Assembly (NCBI GenBank): GCA_045656285.1
Contig: JAZOQY010000037.1
Coordinates: 19,154-83,153 of the forward strand
Length of the DNA: 64,000 bases
Direction: 5' to 3'
Origin: Kiritimatiellia bacterium
Lineage (GTDB): Bacteria; Verrucomicrobiota; Kiritimatiellia; RFP12; UBA1067
The notes under the pieces were generated by a model. The model saw only the letters and a list, made by a program, of their open reading frames with translations, ran no database searches and had not been told where the DNA came from. Shown here piece by piece: positions 9,267-17,897 of this stretch; the first letter of the stretch is position 1; every line of letters begins with the position of its first letter. A program made the translations under genes and the position numbers.

Positions 9267-10037
9267 TCAGGGATAATCCGCCGGCAAAGTCAAAATCTCG
9301 CAACCGTCGTCCGTGATGGCGACAGTATGTTCAAAATGCGCAGAAAGACACCTGTCGGCCGTAACGACCGTCCAGCCGTCCTCGAGAACGCGCGTCTTCT
9401 CGCCCGCCTTTGTCATCGAAATCATCGGCTCGATGGCGAGCGTCATTCCGGGCTTCAGGACAAGCTTCGTTCCGGGCTTGCCGTAATTCGGGACTTGAGG
9501 ATCCTCGTGAACCGTGCGCCCGACGCCATGGCCGATCCAATCGCGGACAACGCCAAAGCCCGCATCCTCGGCCACCTTCTGGATCGCGTAGCCGACATCG
9601 CCGAGATGGACCCCGGGGCCGCACGCGGCGATACCCGCCTTGAGGCAGGCCTTGGTCGTCTCCACCAATCTCAATACCTCCGGATCGGTGACGCCGACGG
9701 CAACCGTACGGGATGTGTCGCCGTTGAAGCCGTTCTTGAAGATCCCGACATCGGTCTTGACGAGGTCGCCCGGCATTATGACGCGATGACGGCTCGGAAT
9801 TCCGTGAATGACCTCGTCGTTGATCGAAACGCAAAGTCGACCGGGGAAGCCCATGTAATTGAAAAAGCTGGCGCGAACCTTGTTCTTCGCGCAATACTCC
9901 TCGACCAGATCGTCAATGTCGCCCGTAGTGACTCCGGGAGCGACGGCGTTCGCGCAGATGTCGCGAATCTCGGCGGTCATCCGGCACGCTTCACGCATGC
10001 GGTCGATTTCGGCTTTGGTTTTGATGTCGACTTTCAT
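9267..10037 (-). CDS. map: Methionine aminopeptidase, type I
   Basis: The start is ATG 10037 (MKVDIKTKAEIDRMREA). FNGDTSRT, IGHGVGR and AIEPM are the metal-ligand contexts. Confidence 0.9.
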   Translation of the reverse strand: MKVDIKTKAEIDRMREACRMTAEIRDICANAVAPGVTTGDIDDLVEEYCAKNKVRASFFNYMGFPGRLCVSINDEVIHGIPSRHRVIMPGDLVKTDVGIFKNGFNGDTSRTVAVGVTDPEVLRLVETTKACLKAGIAACGPGVHLGDVGYAIQKVAEDAGFGVVRDWIGHGVGRTVHEDPQVPNYGKPGTKLVLKPGMTLAIEPMISMTKAGEKTRVLEDGWTVVTADRCLSAHFEHTVAITDDGCEILTLPADYP

Positions 10038-10091
10038 AGACAAAAAATCAAGGCCGGCGGGCTTAAGCCTCCGCCGGCGCTTGAAAAACAA

Positions 10092-10724
10092 TTACATAAC
10101 CTTGAGGAATTCGGCTGCGACAGAGTCGACACCCGTCATGCCGTCAACGGTCTTGAGGCAGCCCTTGGCCTTGTAGAACTCGATGAGCGGTTCGGTCTGG
10201 CGATGGTATACCACGAGGCGATCCTTGACGGTCTCGGGATTGTCGTCCTTTCTGATCGTCAGTTCGCTGCCGCAGTTGTCGCACACGCCCTCGACCTTCG
10301 GAGGAAGGTTCTTGACGTGATAGCCCGCCTTGCACTTGGGGCAAGTGCGACGGCCGGCGATGCGATCCTGGATGATTTCGTCGGGAACGTCGATCAAGAC
10401 CGCGCTCTTGATGGGGGCACCCATCTCCTCGAGAATCTCGGCCTGGGCGAGATTGCGCGGGAAGCCGTCGAGAAGCATCGTGACGTCGCCCGTCGTTTCG
10501 GCGACGACGTCCTTGATCATGCGGGCGATAAGGGCGTCGGGAACGAGGTTGCCGCTCTCCATGTAGCCCTTGGCCTCGAGACCGGCCTCAGTCCCCTTCG
10601 CGACAGCTCCGCGAAGAAGGTCGCCGGAAGAGACGTGTTTCAAATTAGCGTTGTCGGCGGCGAGCTTGCCCGCTACCGTACCCTTCCCCGAACCCGGGGC
10701 ACCAAGAAGAATTACAATATTCAT
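10092..10724 (-). CDS. adk: Adenylate kinase
   Basis: GAPGSGKGT is the P-loop. The LID is Cys4 type (CPKC...CDNC). 210 aa. Confidence 0.95.
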   Translation of the reverse strand: MNIVILLGAPGSGKGTVAGKLAADNANLKHVSSGDLLRGAVAKGTEAGLEAKGYMESGNLVPDALIARMIKDVVAETTGDVTMLLDGFPRNLAQAEILEEMGAPIKSAVLIDVPDEIIQDRIAGRRTCPKCKAGYHVKNLPPKVEGVCDNCGSELTIRKDDNPETVKDRLVVYHRQTEPLIEFYKAKGCLKTVDGMTGVDSVAAEFLKVM

Positions 10725-10732
10725 AATAGTAT

Positions 10733-10741
10733 ATTATAACA
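10733..10741 (-). promoter_or_regulatory. Extended -10 promoter TGTTATAAT, leaderless geometry (adk)
   Basis: 8 nt separate the hexamer from ATG 10724, and there is no SD. Confidence 0.55.
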
Positions 10742-10809
10742 TACTTGCCGCATCTACAGCACGATGAATTTTATCGAATACACACGCGCCGGCAGGCATC
10801 GCAACACAT

Positions 10810-11535
10810 TCACCCGGCCAGCAGGCCGTCCGCAAAAACGCGCTCCAGCTGCGACGTCACCCTTCGCGACGCCGAATGCATCGACTCGCCTTCTTGCTGC
10901 ACCGCAGAAACGGGTTCGCCTGAAACAAGCGTATACTTCACCTTCTCCGAGCCCATCTGCCATGCGTATTGATGCTTCCCGAGAATGCGAAACGGACTTT
11001 GGATGACAGCCAACGGCACCAAGGGCGCTCCCGAACGTATCGCAAGCTGCGCCGCGCCGCGCTTGAACGGCCAGAGTCCGCCCTTGGACGGCGAGCGCGT
11101 CCCCTCCGGAAACACTATGACATTCCACCCCTTCCGAAGATACGGCTTCGCCGAATCGACAAGCCTCTCGTCGTCTGGCAATGACGCATTGCGGACCATT
11201 GCAGAAGTAAAAGGATTCTTCTTCAGGGAATGCTTCGCGACAAAAAGCGTCTTGGGCACGAGAGCAAGAACAACGACGACATCAATCAGCGAAGGATGGT
11301 TCGCGGCTATGACGGACCCTCTTGTTTCACGCAGGCGCGTGCAATCTATTGTTATGAGCCCCGTAAAGACAAAAAGCCTGACGAACGGATACCAGAGAAA
11401 CCTCAAAAGGCGCGTGCAAAGCTCGACATCGCGGAGAACAATCACTATCGGAGTGACGAAAAGACCGCCGAGCCCAAAAAGCGCGAACAAGGCCAGCGTA
11501 ACCGCCGATCTGAAAAACGCCACCAACAGATTCAT
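10810..11535 (-). CDS. Lysophospholipid acyltransferase (LPLAT) family protein
   Basis: 241 aa. NHPSLIDV (HX4D) and FPEGTRSP are the acyltransferase blocks. The start has an ATGA overlap with the upstream gene. Confidence 0.8.
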   Translation of the reverse strand: MNLLVAFFRSAVTLALFALFGLGGLFVTPIVIVLRDVELCTRLLRFLWYPFVRLFVFTGLITIDCTRLRETRGSVIAANHPSLIDVVVVLALVPKTLFVAKHSLKKNPFTSAMVRNASLPDDERLVDSAKPYLRKGWNVIVFPEGTRSPSKGGLWPFKRGAAQLAIRSGAPLVPLAVIQSPFRILGKHQYAWQMGSEKVKYTLVSGEPVSAVQQEGESMHSASRRVTSQLERVFADGLLAG

Positions 11536-12128
11536 CGGCCGGCTGATTTTTCAAGCCTCAAATACCGTCCTGCAAGAACGGTTGAACTTCCTTCAAGAAA
11601 AGCGGCAAGCCTATCGAACGAAATCGGCTCGGCCTGAACGTCGGCGGCAAAATCGACGGTCACCCTCTCGCCGTCGCCGCCGTCGAAATACACGGCCGCG
11701 CCATATCCGCCTTCCGTTTCTTCGGCATACACGAAAAGCGAAGGAAGTTCGCCGGTGAGCGACTCCAGCAGCCCGGCCTCAAGCGAATCTTCACGCGCGA
11801 CGACCGCCGTGTAATTCGCATGGTTGCGGGTATGGACGCTCCACAGCCCGGGCGCGGCGTTGTAGACCGACGCACTGAATTTATGGGGCGAGACCGAACC
11901 GTCTTCGTAAAAAGCCTCCACGATCTGACGCGTCAGGAGATCTTCGCCGTCGCGCGACGCGAAAACGGTCGAAGCCGCCGGCACGCGCTCCACCTTGGAA
12001 GCCAATGAAAAATATATCTTCTGAACCGGGGAGAGCCTGCGCTTCGCCGCAGGCGGAACCTGCGACAGGTCAGGCGCTTCGCCTGATCTGAGGATCGATT
12101 TCGATGAAATGAAAACCGTTTTTTTCAT
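11532..12128 (-). CDS. Beta-ketoacyl-synthase N-terminal-like (chain-length-factor-like) protein
   Basis: 198 aa with no active-site Cys. The SPHKFSASVYNAAPG region resembles the short KS-like partners found in aryl-polyene-type clusters. Both ends have ATGA overlaps. Assigned by eye. Confidence 0.55.
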   Translation of the reverse strand: MKKTVFISSKSILRSGEAPDLSQVPPAAKRRLSPVQKIYFSLASKVERVPAASTVFASRDGEDLLTRQIVEAFYEDGSVSPHKFSASVYNAAPGLWSVHTRNHANYTAVVAREDSLEAGLLESLTGELPSLFVYAEETEGGYGAAVYFDGGDGERVTVDFAADVQAEPISFDRLAAFLEGSSTVLAGRYLRLEKSAGR

Positions 12129-13348
12129 ACTCTAGCAAATACCAGCGATGTATTGACGCCGCCGAACGCGAAATTGTTGCTCATGATGCAGCGCGAAGAG
12201 AACTTGCGCCCTTCGCCCACGATGAAATCCTGGTCTCCGCAGGCGGGATCGGGATTTTTGAGATTCAAATTGGGCGCATACCAGTCGGCGTTCATCATCG
12301 AAATCGCCATCAGCGCTTCGATCGCTCCGCACGCGCCGAGGGTGTGCCCGGTGTAATTCTTGATCGTGCTCATGGGAACGCCTCCCTCGCCGAACACCTC
12401 GGTCATCGCAGCGCATTCGGCCACATCGCCCAACTGGGTGGCGGTTCCGTGAGCGTTGACATACCCGATATCCGCAGGCTTGAGACCGGCGCTTTCAAGC
12501 GCGAGCTTCATGGCGATCGCCATAGTCCCGGCGTTCGGCTGGGTGACATGCTTGCCGTCGGTGTTGAGGCCGAAGCCTACCACCTCGGCGAAGATCGGGG
12601 CGCCGCGGGCTATCGCATGGTCGCGCTCCTCCAGAATCAAGGTCGCAGCGCCGTCTCCGACGACAAGCCCGTCGCGGCCGCGATCGTATGCGCACGGCGA
12701 AGTCTGCGGCGCATCGTTGTGGCGCGACGTGGCGAAAAGAGTGTCAAAGACAGCCACTTGAGTGACGCTGAATTCTTCGGCTCCTCCGGCGATCATGACA
12801 TCCTGCTTGCCGTATGCTATGGCCTCATACGCTTCGCCTATGGCCAAGGATCCTGATGTGCACGCGGTTCCGGTGGGCAAAAGCCGCCCTGTAGTCCCGA
12901 AATGAACCGACAGGTTGACCGCCGTGGTCTGAGGCATCATCTTGATGTAGGTTGAGCTCGTGACATTCCTGACTTCGCGGTTCTGGATGACCGTGACAAA
13001 GTCGGCGCACGCGTCGACACCGCCGGAGCACGATCCGTAAGCGACGCCGAGCCGGCCGCTCTTGACGATCTCATCGCCGTAAAGGCCCGCCTCCTTCAAC
13101 GCCTGCTCGGTCGCGTTCAGCGCCATCGTCGAAACGGGACTCATCGTCCTGATGACTTTTCTCGTATACTCGGACGGATTCACAAAGCCGCACGGCGCCC
13201 AGAGACAGGTCTGAAGCCCCTTGAACGACTTGAGATCTTCCGAAACCTTTACGCAATTCTCGGTTTTCGAGAGACGATTGAACGCATCTCCGATCGAATG
13301 ACCGAGAGAACTTACAATGCCACGACCTGTAACAACGACTCGACGCAT
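12125..13348 (-). CDS. Beta-ketoacyl-ACP synthase (KAS I/II type)
   Basis: The start is ATG 13348 (MRRVVVTGRGIVS), which forms an ATGA overlap with the KR stop. GTACTSGS, NAHGTAT and GHTLGACG are the Cys-His-His contexts. Confidence 0.9.
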   Translation of the reverse strand: MRRVVVTGRGIVSSLGHSIGDAFNRLSKTENCVKVSEDLKSFKGLQTCLWAPCGFVNPSEYTRKVIRTMSPVSTMALNATEQALKEAGLYGDEIVKSGRLGVAYGSCSGGVDACADFVTVIQNREVRNVTSSTYIKMMPQTTAVNLSVHFGTTGRLLPTGTACTSGSLAIGEAYEAIAYGKQDVMIAGGAEEFSVTQVAVFDTLFATSRHNDAPQTSPCAYDRGRDGLVVGDGAATLILEERDHAIARGAPIFAEVVGFGLNTDGKHVTQPNAGTMAIAMKLALESAGLKPADIGYVNAHGTATQLGDVAECAAMTEVFGEGGVPMSTIKNYTGHTLGACGAIEALMAISMMNADWYAPNLNLKNPDPACGDQDFIVGEGRKFSSRCIMSNNFAFGGVNTSLVFARV

Positions 13349-14070
13349 CAGAACATTCCTCCGTTGACCTGAATCACCTGACGGGTGATGTACGACGCCT
13401 CTTCGGAAACCAGAAACCTCACGAGCGAAGCCACTTCGGCGGGCTTTCCGAATCGGCGCATGGGAATCGCCTTCATCGCCTCTTCCGCAAACACGCCTTC
13501 TATCATCTCGGTCTCGATGACTCCCGGAGCGACGCAATTGACGGTGATGCCGCGACGGGCCAGCTCGACGGCGAGCGACTTGGCGGCGCCGATCACCCCC
13601 GCCTTGGCCGCAGCGTAGTTCGTCTGCCCGCGGTTTCCGACAACGCCCGAAACAGACGATATGACGACGATGCGGCCTCGGACATGCGCCTGGACCATCG
13701 GAAGCACCAACGGCTTGAGAACATTGTAGAAACCGTCGAGATCCGTCCGGATCACACGATCCCACTCGTCATCCTCCATCGCGGGGAAAGCGTTGTCCGC
13801 TGTTATTCCGGCATTAAGGACGACCCCGTAGAACGAGCCGTTCTTCTCGACATAATCCTCGAGCGCCTTCGCCGCAGATTCGCGGTCTGCGACATCAAAA
13901 CATAGAACATCCCCGCTCGCGCCGAGCGACTTGACTTCGCTCGAGACCGCATTCGCGGAATCGAGCGATCTGACACAATGGATCACGGGGTCGTAACCGG
14001 CTTTCGCCAATTCGACGGCAATGGCCTTGCCGATGCCCCTGCTTGAGCCGGTGACAAGAATCTTTTTCAT
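13348..14070 (-). CDS. 3-oxoacyl-ACP reductase (FabG-like SDR)
   Basis: TGSSRGIGKA is the Rossmann motif and YAAAKAG is the YxxxK motif. 240 aa. Confidence 0.9.
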   Translation of the reverse strand: MKKILVTGSSRGIGKAIAVELAKAGYDPVIHCVRSLDSANAVSSEVKSLGASGDVLCFDVADRESAAKALEDYVEKNGSFYGVVLNAGITADNAFPAMEDDEWDRVIRTDLDGFYNVLKPLVLPMVQAHVRGRIVVISSVSGVVGNRGQTNYAAAKAGVIGAAKSLAVELARRGITVNCVAPGVIETEMIEGVFAEEAMKAIPMRRFGKPAEVASLVRFLVSEEASYITRQVIQVNGGMF

Positions 14071-14549
14071 TTGAATTCCTCCAGACTTTCCGATAAAGCG
14101 TCACCTTCTGGTTGAAATGCGGTAAGAAGGCCTCTGGCGACATCACAGCCGGCCCCGTCGAAAATCTTGCAGTCGAACGATCCGAACGAATCGTCGTTGT
14201 AAGTGCAGGACACTTCGATGCGGTAGCGCGAACCGGACGAAAAGCACGGAACATCTATTTCAAGGCGGCGTGAACCGAGTATAAAACCGACTTGCGGAGG
14301 GAGTTTGCTCCGCAGGCGCTTCAAACCCGTCGCCAAAGCCATCGTTTGAGCCATGTACTCCAACGCCACGCAACTGGACACGCCTCCGATGTCGGATTCG
14401 TAAAACGGAGCATTCTCGTCTATTTCAACGTATGCCGTCACAAGATCGCAATCCTCCGGAACATCATAGTCCGAAAGAAGGATCATAGGCTCGGCGTGAG
14501 GCAAGACCTCCGCCAAAGAAGGTTTCTCCGCCGCCAATGTCACGTCCAC
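14067..14549 (-). CDS. Hot-dog-fold 3-hydroxyacyl-ACP dehydratase-like protein (ApeP/FabZ-like)
   Basis: 160 aa. The GTG start overlaps the rsfS end by 10 nt. Size and the DH-KR-KS gene order support the call; sequence similarity is judged by eye only. Confidence 0.5.
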   Translation of the reverse strand: MDVTLAAEKPSLAEVLPHAEPMILLSDYDVPEDCDLVTAYVEIDENAPFYESDIGGVSSCVALEYMAQTMALATGLKRLRSKLPPQVGFILGSRRLEIDVPCFSSGSRYRIEVSCTYNDDSFGSFDCKIFDGAGCDVARGLLTAFQPEGDALSESLEEFK

Positions 14550-14854
14550 AGTCTCTCAAGAGCGTAGTAGGCGCGAGCCTCAGGCGAAAACACATGAACG
14601 ACGACATCGATGTAGTCGACAACGATCCAGCCCGATTCGGGATCGCCGGAAGTGCGGTAGCTCTGAACGCCGGCGTTCTTCATTACGGCCTGCGTTTCGG
14701 CGATGAGCGCTTTGAGGTGAGGAGCTGCGGCACCTGTGGCGACAACAAAGAAATCGGCGAGCTGGGACTTGCCGCGCATGTCGTATACTTTGACGTCGGT
14801 ACCCTTGCGATCCTTGAGACCCTGTACGATTAAGTTAACTTGTTCTTCTCTCAT
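14540..14854 (-). CDS. rsfS: Ribosome silencing factor RsfS
   Basis: 104 aa. ADFFVVATG and WIVVDYIDVVVHVF match the iojap/RsfS pattern. Confidence 0.85.
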   Translation of the reverse strand: MREEQVNLIVQGLKDRKGTDVKVYDMRGKSQLADFFVVATGAAAPHLKALIAETQAVMKNAGVQSYRTSGDPESGWIVVDYIDVVVHVFSPEARAYYALERLWT

Positions 14855-14863
14855 GATATTGAT

Positions 14864-14872
14864 ATTATATCA
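14864..14872 (-). promoter_or_regulatory. Extended -10 promoter TGATATAAT, leaderless geometry (rsfS and lipid module)
   Basis: 9 nt separate the hexamer from ATG 14854. The element is embedded in the 15-nt palindrome ttgatattatatcaa (14859-14873). Confidence 0.55.
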
Positions 14873-14877
14873 AATTG

Positions 14878-14886
14878 TGATATACT
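14878..14886 (+). promoter_or_regulatory. Extended -10-like promoter TGATATACT (metK)
   Basis: It is read on the plus strand. The leader to ATG 14969 would be about 75 nt. Confidence 0.45.
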
Positions 14887-14968
14887 ATTGCGAAATCATT
14901 TCAGTCTGTGACCTTTTGGAAATTCTGTCAAAAGGTGTGACACAAGCTGAGTCTACAGGGAATGAAAA

Positions 14969-16159
14969 ATGAAAAAAATCAACCACTGCCACGTTTTTAC
15001 GTCGGAATCCGTATCTGAAGGACATCCCGACAAGGTCGCCGACCAGATATCCGATGCGATTCTCGATGCCTGCATCAAAAAAGATCCCGACGCCAGAGTA
15101 GCCTGCGAAACATCCGTCGGCCCGAATGTAGTCATCAATCTCGGCGAGATCACAGCCAAGGATTTCAAGTCGATCAATGTCGAAAAGATCGCCCGTGATG
15201 TTGTCAAAAAGATCGGCTACACGATCCCCGAAGAGAATTTCGCAGCGGCCAACTTCAGCTATCTGAACTACCTCCACGGCCAATCCCCCGACATCGCCCA
15301 GGGCGTAAACAGAAAGTCCAAAGAGAAACAGGGCGCCGGCGACCAGGGAATGATGTTCGGCTATGCGACCAACGAGACCAAAAGTCTCATGCCCGCACCG
15401 ATCGTCTACTCTCACGAACTCCTCAAGATGTTCGCGCGACTTCGCAAAAAGGACAAAAAGTATTCCTGGCTCAGACCCGACTCGAAAAGCCAGCTTTCTG
15501 TAGTTTACGAGAACGGAAAGCCTGTCGCGATCGACACGGTCGTCGTCTCCCACCAGACGACCGAAGAAGGCGCGACAAAGGCGCATTACGATGAGATTCG
15601 CCGTTTGGCCGAGGGGTATCTCGCAAAGACGGGGCTTCTGACGCCAAAGACGAAGTTTTTCATCAATCCGACCGGGAAATTCGTCGTAGGCGGTCCGTGC
15701 GGAGACTCGGGGCTTACCGGCCGCAAAATCATCGTCGACACCTACGGCGGCATGGCCGCTCACGGCGGCGGCGCGTTCTCGGGCAAGGACCCCTCGAAGG
15801 TTGACCGCTCTGCCGCCTATTATGCGCGCTACGCGGCGAAAAACATCGTCGCGGCGGGGCTCGCCGACCGCTGCCAGATCCAGGTCGCCTATGCCATCGG
15901 AGTCGACAAACCCGTCAGCTTCTGCGTAAAGACCTTCAAGACAAATCACGGCGTCACGAATGCCGAGATCGAGAAAATGCTTGCGGGCGGCAAGATTTTC
16001 GACTTCAGGCCCTACGCGCTCATCAAGGAGCTCGGACTTAAAAATCCGAAGGGTTGGAAGTATGTCGACACGGCCGCCTACGGACACTTCGGCAACTCTA
16101 AGTTCCCGTGGGAAAAGCTCGACAAGGTTGACGCTCTCAAGAAATGGGCGAAGAAGTAA
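14969..16159 (+). CDS. metK: S-adenosylmethionine synthetase
   Basis: [34 protein letters not shown] and the GGGAFSGKD loop are present. 396 aa. Confidence 0.97.
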   Translation: MKKINHCHVFTSESVSEGHPDKVADQISDAILDACIKKDPDARVACETSVGPNVVINLGEITAKDFKSINVEKIARDVVKKIGYTIPEENFAAANFSYLNYLHGQSPDIAQGVNRKSKEKQGAGDQGMMFGYATNETKSLMPAPIVYSHELLKMFARLRKKDKKYSWLRPDSKSQLSVVYENGKPVAIDTVVVSHQTTEEGATKAHYDEIRRLAEGYLAKTGLLTPKTKFFINPTGKFVVGGPCGDSGLTGRKIIVDTYGGMAAHGGGAFSGKDPSKVDRSAAYYARYAAKNIVAAGLADRCQIQVAYAIGVDKPVSFCVKTFKTNHGVTNAEIEKMLAGGKIFDFRPYALIKELGLKNPKGWKYVDTAAYGHFGNSKFPWEKLDKVDALKKWAKK

Positions 16160-17328
16160 AAAACCTGTATGTGCACTTTCCCTTTTGCCGAGGGAAGTGC
16201 ACATATTGTGCGCTTTATTCCAGAGCCGGGATTTCGCCCGCAGAGCGCAACGATTATGTAAAAAGCCTCGCAAACTCAATTTCTTCCCTCTTCCTCCTTC
16301 CCACCCCTGCTAGGGCATCCGCTTCGCGGACTCGCGCAGCCGCTTGCGCCCCCTTCGGGGCTCGGCCTCCGGCCTCGGGCAACCTGGCGGCTACGCCGCA
16401 GGTGCATCTCGCCCGGGGGATACCTTCCCGCCCCCCTTTCTCCACCGTCTACTTTGGCGGAGGCTCCCCTGCGCTTTGCGATTTAAGGCCGTTATTTGAA
16501 GCTCTGCGCCCGCTAATCGACAAAAATACAGAATTTTCAGTTGAATTGCATCCCCTTGATGCAACACGAGAGACACTTCAATCTTTGAAGGATGGCGGAG
16601 CAAACAGAATCTCGATGGGATTGCAGTCGCTGAATGACGGCATCCTCAAGCACATGCGCCGCGGCTACACTTTCGACGAAGCCGAAAGAGCGTTCCATCT
16701 GACAAAAGAATATTTCGACAACGCAGGCGTAGACCTGATAATCGGCTACCCCGGCGACTCATGGGGACAGTCCCCCCGCCTAAAGCGTCTCGCCGACTGG
16801 GGCCTTAAGCACTGTTCTGCCTACTCGCTCATCCTCGAAGAAAATAGCGCGCTATGCAAATTAACTCAAAATGAATCAAATCCCGTTAAGTTGCATAGCG
16901 ACGAAGAAATTATGGATGAATTAGCCATCATATCACATTTCTTAAGCGACATCGGGCTACAACGTTACGAAATCTCCAATTATTCAATTCCTGGCTACGA
17001 ATGCCGTCACAACATGGCGACATGGAACGGCGAAGACTACTACGGTCTGGGAATGGGAGCACATAGCCGAATAGGCCTTACGCGCACCCGCAACTGGTGC
17101 GGCGAAAACCCCGAAACAGAGACGGTAAGTGAAGAGTTTGATTTTAACGAGCGAAAATTATTTAGTCTGAGAACATCCAAAGGCTTGGACGCAGGAGACT
17201 GTCCACATTGGATCGATACGCTCGATCGGTTCGCCAAAGAGGGTCTGCTGAAAAAAGAAAACCTCGTCTACCGGTTAACGGAACGAGGCTTCGAAGTCTG
17301 CGATTCAATTCTCGCAGAGTTGATCTGA
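16144..17328 (+). CDS. hemW: Radical SAM heme chaperone HemW / HemN-like protein
   Basis: CRGKCTYC is the CxxxCxxC motif, and VYFGGGSP follows. The start overlaps metK by 16 nt. The gene carries about 40 extra low-complexity residues between these motifs (see findings). Confidence 0.8.
   Translation: MGEEVKNLYVHFPFCRGKCTYCALYSRAGISPAERNDYVKSLANSISSLFLLPTPARASASRTRAAACAPFGARPPASGNLAATPQVHLARGIPSRPPFSTVYFGGGSPALCDLRPLFEALRPLIDKNTEFSVELHPLDATRETLQSLKDGGANRISMGLQSLNDGILKHMRRGYTFDEAERAFHLTKEYFDNAGVDLIIGYPGDSWGQSPRLKRLADWGLKHCSAYSLILEENSALCKLTQNESNPVKLHSDEEIMDELAIISHFLSDIGLQRYEISNYSIPGYECRHNMATWNGEDYYGLGMGAHSRIGLTRTRNWCGENPETETVSEEFDFNERKLFSLRTSKGLDAGDCPHWIDTLDRFAKEGLLKKENLVYRLTERGFEVCDSILAELI
16290..16430 (+). 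other. GC-rich, hairpin-dense in-frame insert inside hemW (approximate limits)
   Basis: The segment holds four short GC hairpins: tccgc-ttc-gcgga, gcccc-cttc-ggggc, gcc-tcc-ggc and gcggc-tac-gccgc. It is bracketed by polypyrimidine runs ccttcccacccc (16296-16307) and ccttcccgcccc (16423-16434). It is much more G+C-rich than the rest of hemW. Confidence 0.5.
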
Positions 17329-17333
17329 CCAGC

Positions 17334-17349
17334 AAGGGGAACACCCCTT
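17334..17349. terminator. Short hairpin between convergent hemW and ridA (possible bidirectional terminator)
   Basis: aagggg-aaca-cccctt is a 6-bp stem with a 4-nt loop. The flanks are A/T-rich and there is no long U-run. Confidence 0.35.
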
Positions 17350-17353
17350 TAAA

Positions 17354-17731
17354 TCAGACTGTCGCGATGCATTCGATTTCGACTTTTACGTCCTTGGGAA
17401 GACGCGCGACTTCAACACAGCTTCTCGCGGGACGCGTCTCGCCGAACATCTCGGCGTAAACGCCGTTAAGCGCGACAAAGTCGTTCATATCCTTGATGAA
17501 TACAGTCGTCTTGACGACATTGGAGAGCGAGGACCCGGCCGCTTCGAGAACATTCTTCAGATTCGTGATGACCTGACGGGTCTGGTCTTCGATGGTAACC
17601 GCTTCAATGGAATTGGTCGCCGGATTGATCGGAATCTGACCGGAGCAGAAGACAAAACCGCCTACCTTAAGAGCCTGACTGTAGGGACCGAGCGCCTTAG
17701 GCGCATTTTCAGATGAAACTGTCTCGATCAT
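17354..17731 (-). CDS. ridA: RidA/YjgF-family reactive-intermediate deaminase
   Basis: [11 protein letters not shown] and CVEVARLP match the family pattern. The ORF opens with TTG 17746. ATG 17740 or ATG 17731 (GGAG 9 nt upstream) are the likelier starts. Confidence 0.85.
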   Translation of the reverse strand: MIETVSSENAPKALGPYSQALKVGGFVFCSGQIPINPATNSIEAVTIEDQTRQVITNLKNVLEAAGSSLSNVVKTTVFIKDMNDFVALNGVYAEMFGETRPARSCVEVARLPKDVKVEIECIATV

Positions 17732-17756
17732 CTTAAACATCTCCAAATAAAAAAAT

Positions 17757-17832
17757 TGGAGCCAGGCACAGGAGTCGAACCCGCAACCCTCTCATTACAA
17801 ATGAGATGCACTGCCAATTGTGCTAGCCTGGC
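17757..17832 (-). tRNA. tRNA-Thr: tRNA-Thr (anticodon UGU), CCA encoded
   Basis: Hand-folded, 76 nt. Acceptor stem GCCAGGC/GCCTGGC; D stem GCAC/GTGC; anticodon arm TCTCA-TTTGTAA-TGAGA. The T arm is GCGGG-TTCGACT-CCTGT with two G-U pairs. Confidence 0.85.
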
Positions 17833-17848
17833 TTGAAAAACGAATGGT

Positions 17849-17857
17849 ATTATACCA
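17849..17857 (-). promoter_or_regulatory. Extended -10 promoter TGGTATAAT (tRNA-Thr, probably ridA)
   Basis: 16 nt lie between the hexamer and the mature tRNA 5' end. Confidence 0.6.
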
Positions 17858-17897
17858 CACCTTCCGAATTTCTTCAAGCGTGAAGCTCAATAGAGCA

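Noticed and set aside
13349-13765. Long N-terminal extensions of ORF-track entries: KS 12125-13765, prmC 31178-32305, radical SAM 40444-42402, GH43 43746-45011, purL to 22274 and the secreted protein to 7681
   Set aside because: The extensions overlap the upstream gene in another frame and are Arg/Gly-rich. Conserved N-termini, signal peptides or ATGA-coupled ATGs occur downstream, so I trimmed the starts.
14887-14968. A known SAM riboswitch (SAM-I, II, III, V, VI or SAM/SAH) in the metK leader
   Set aside because: The leader is too short for SAM-I or SAM-IV. I could not find the conserved cores that I remember for the small classes. I kept it only as an unclassified hairpin.
16254-16445. 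A 63-aa minus-strand ORF covering the hemW insert, read as a nested gene
   Set aside because: It is short and Arg/Ala/Gly-rich, lies antisense to a continuous hemW frame and has no translation signals.
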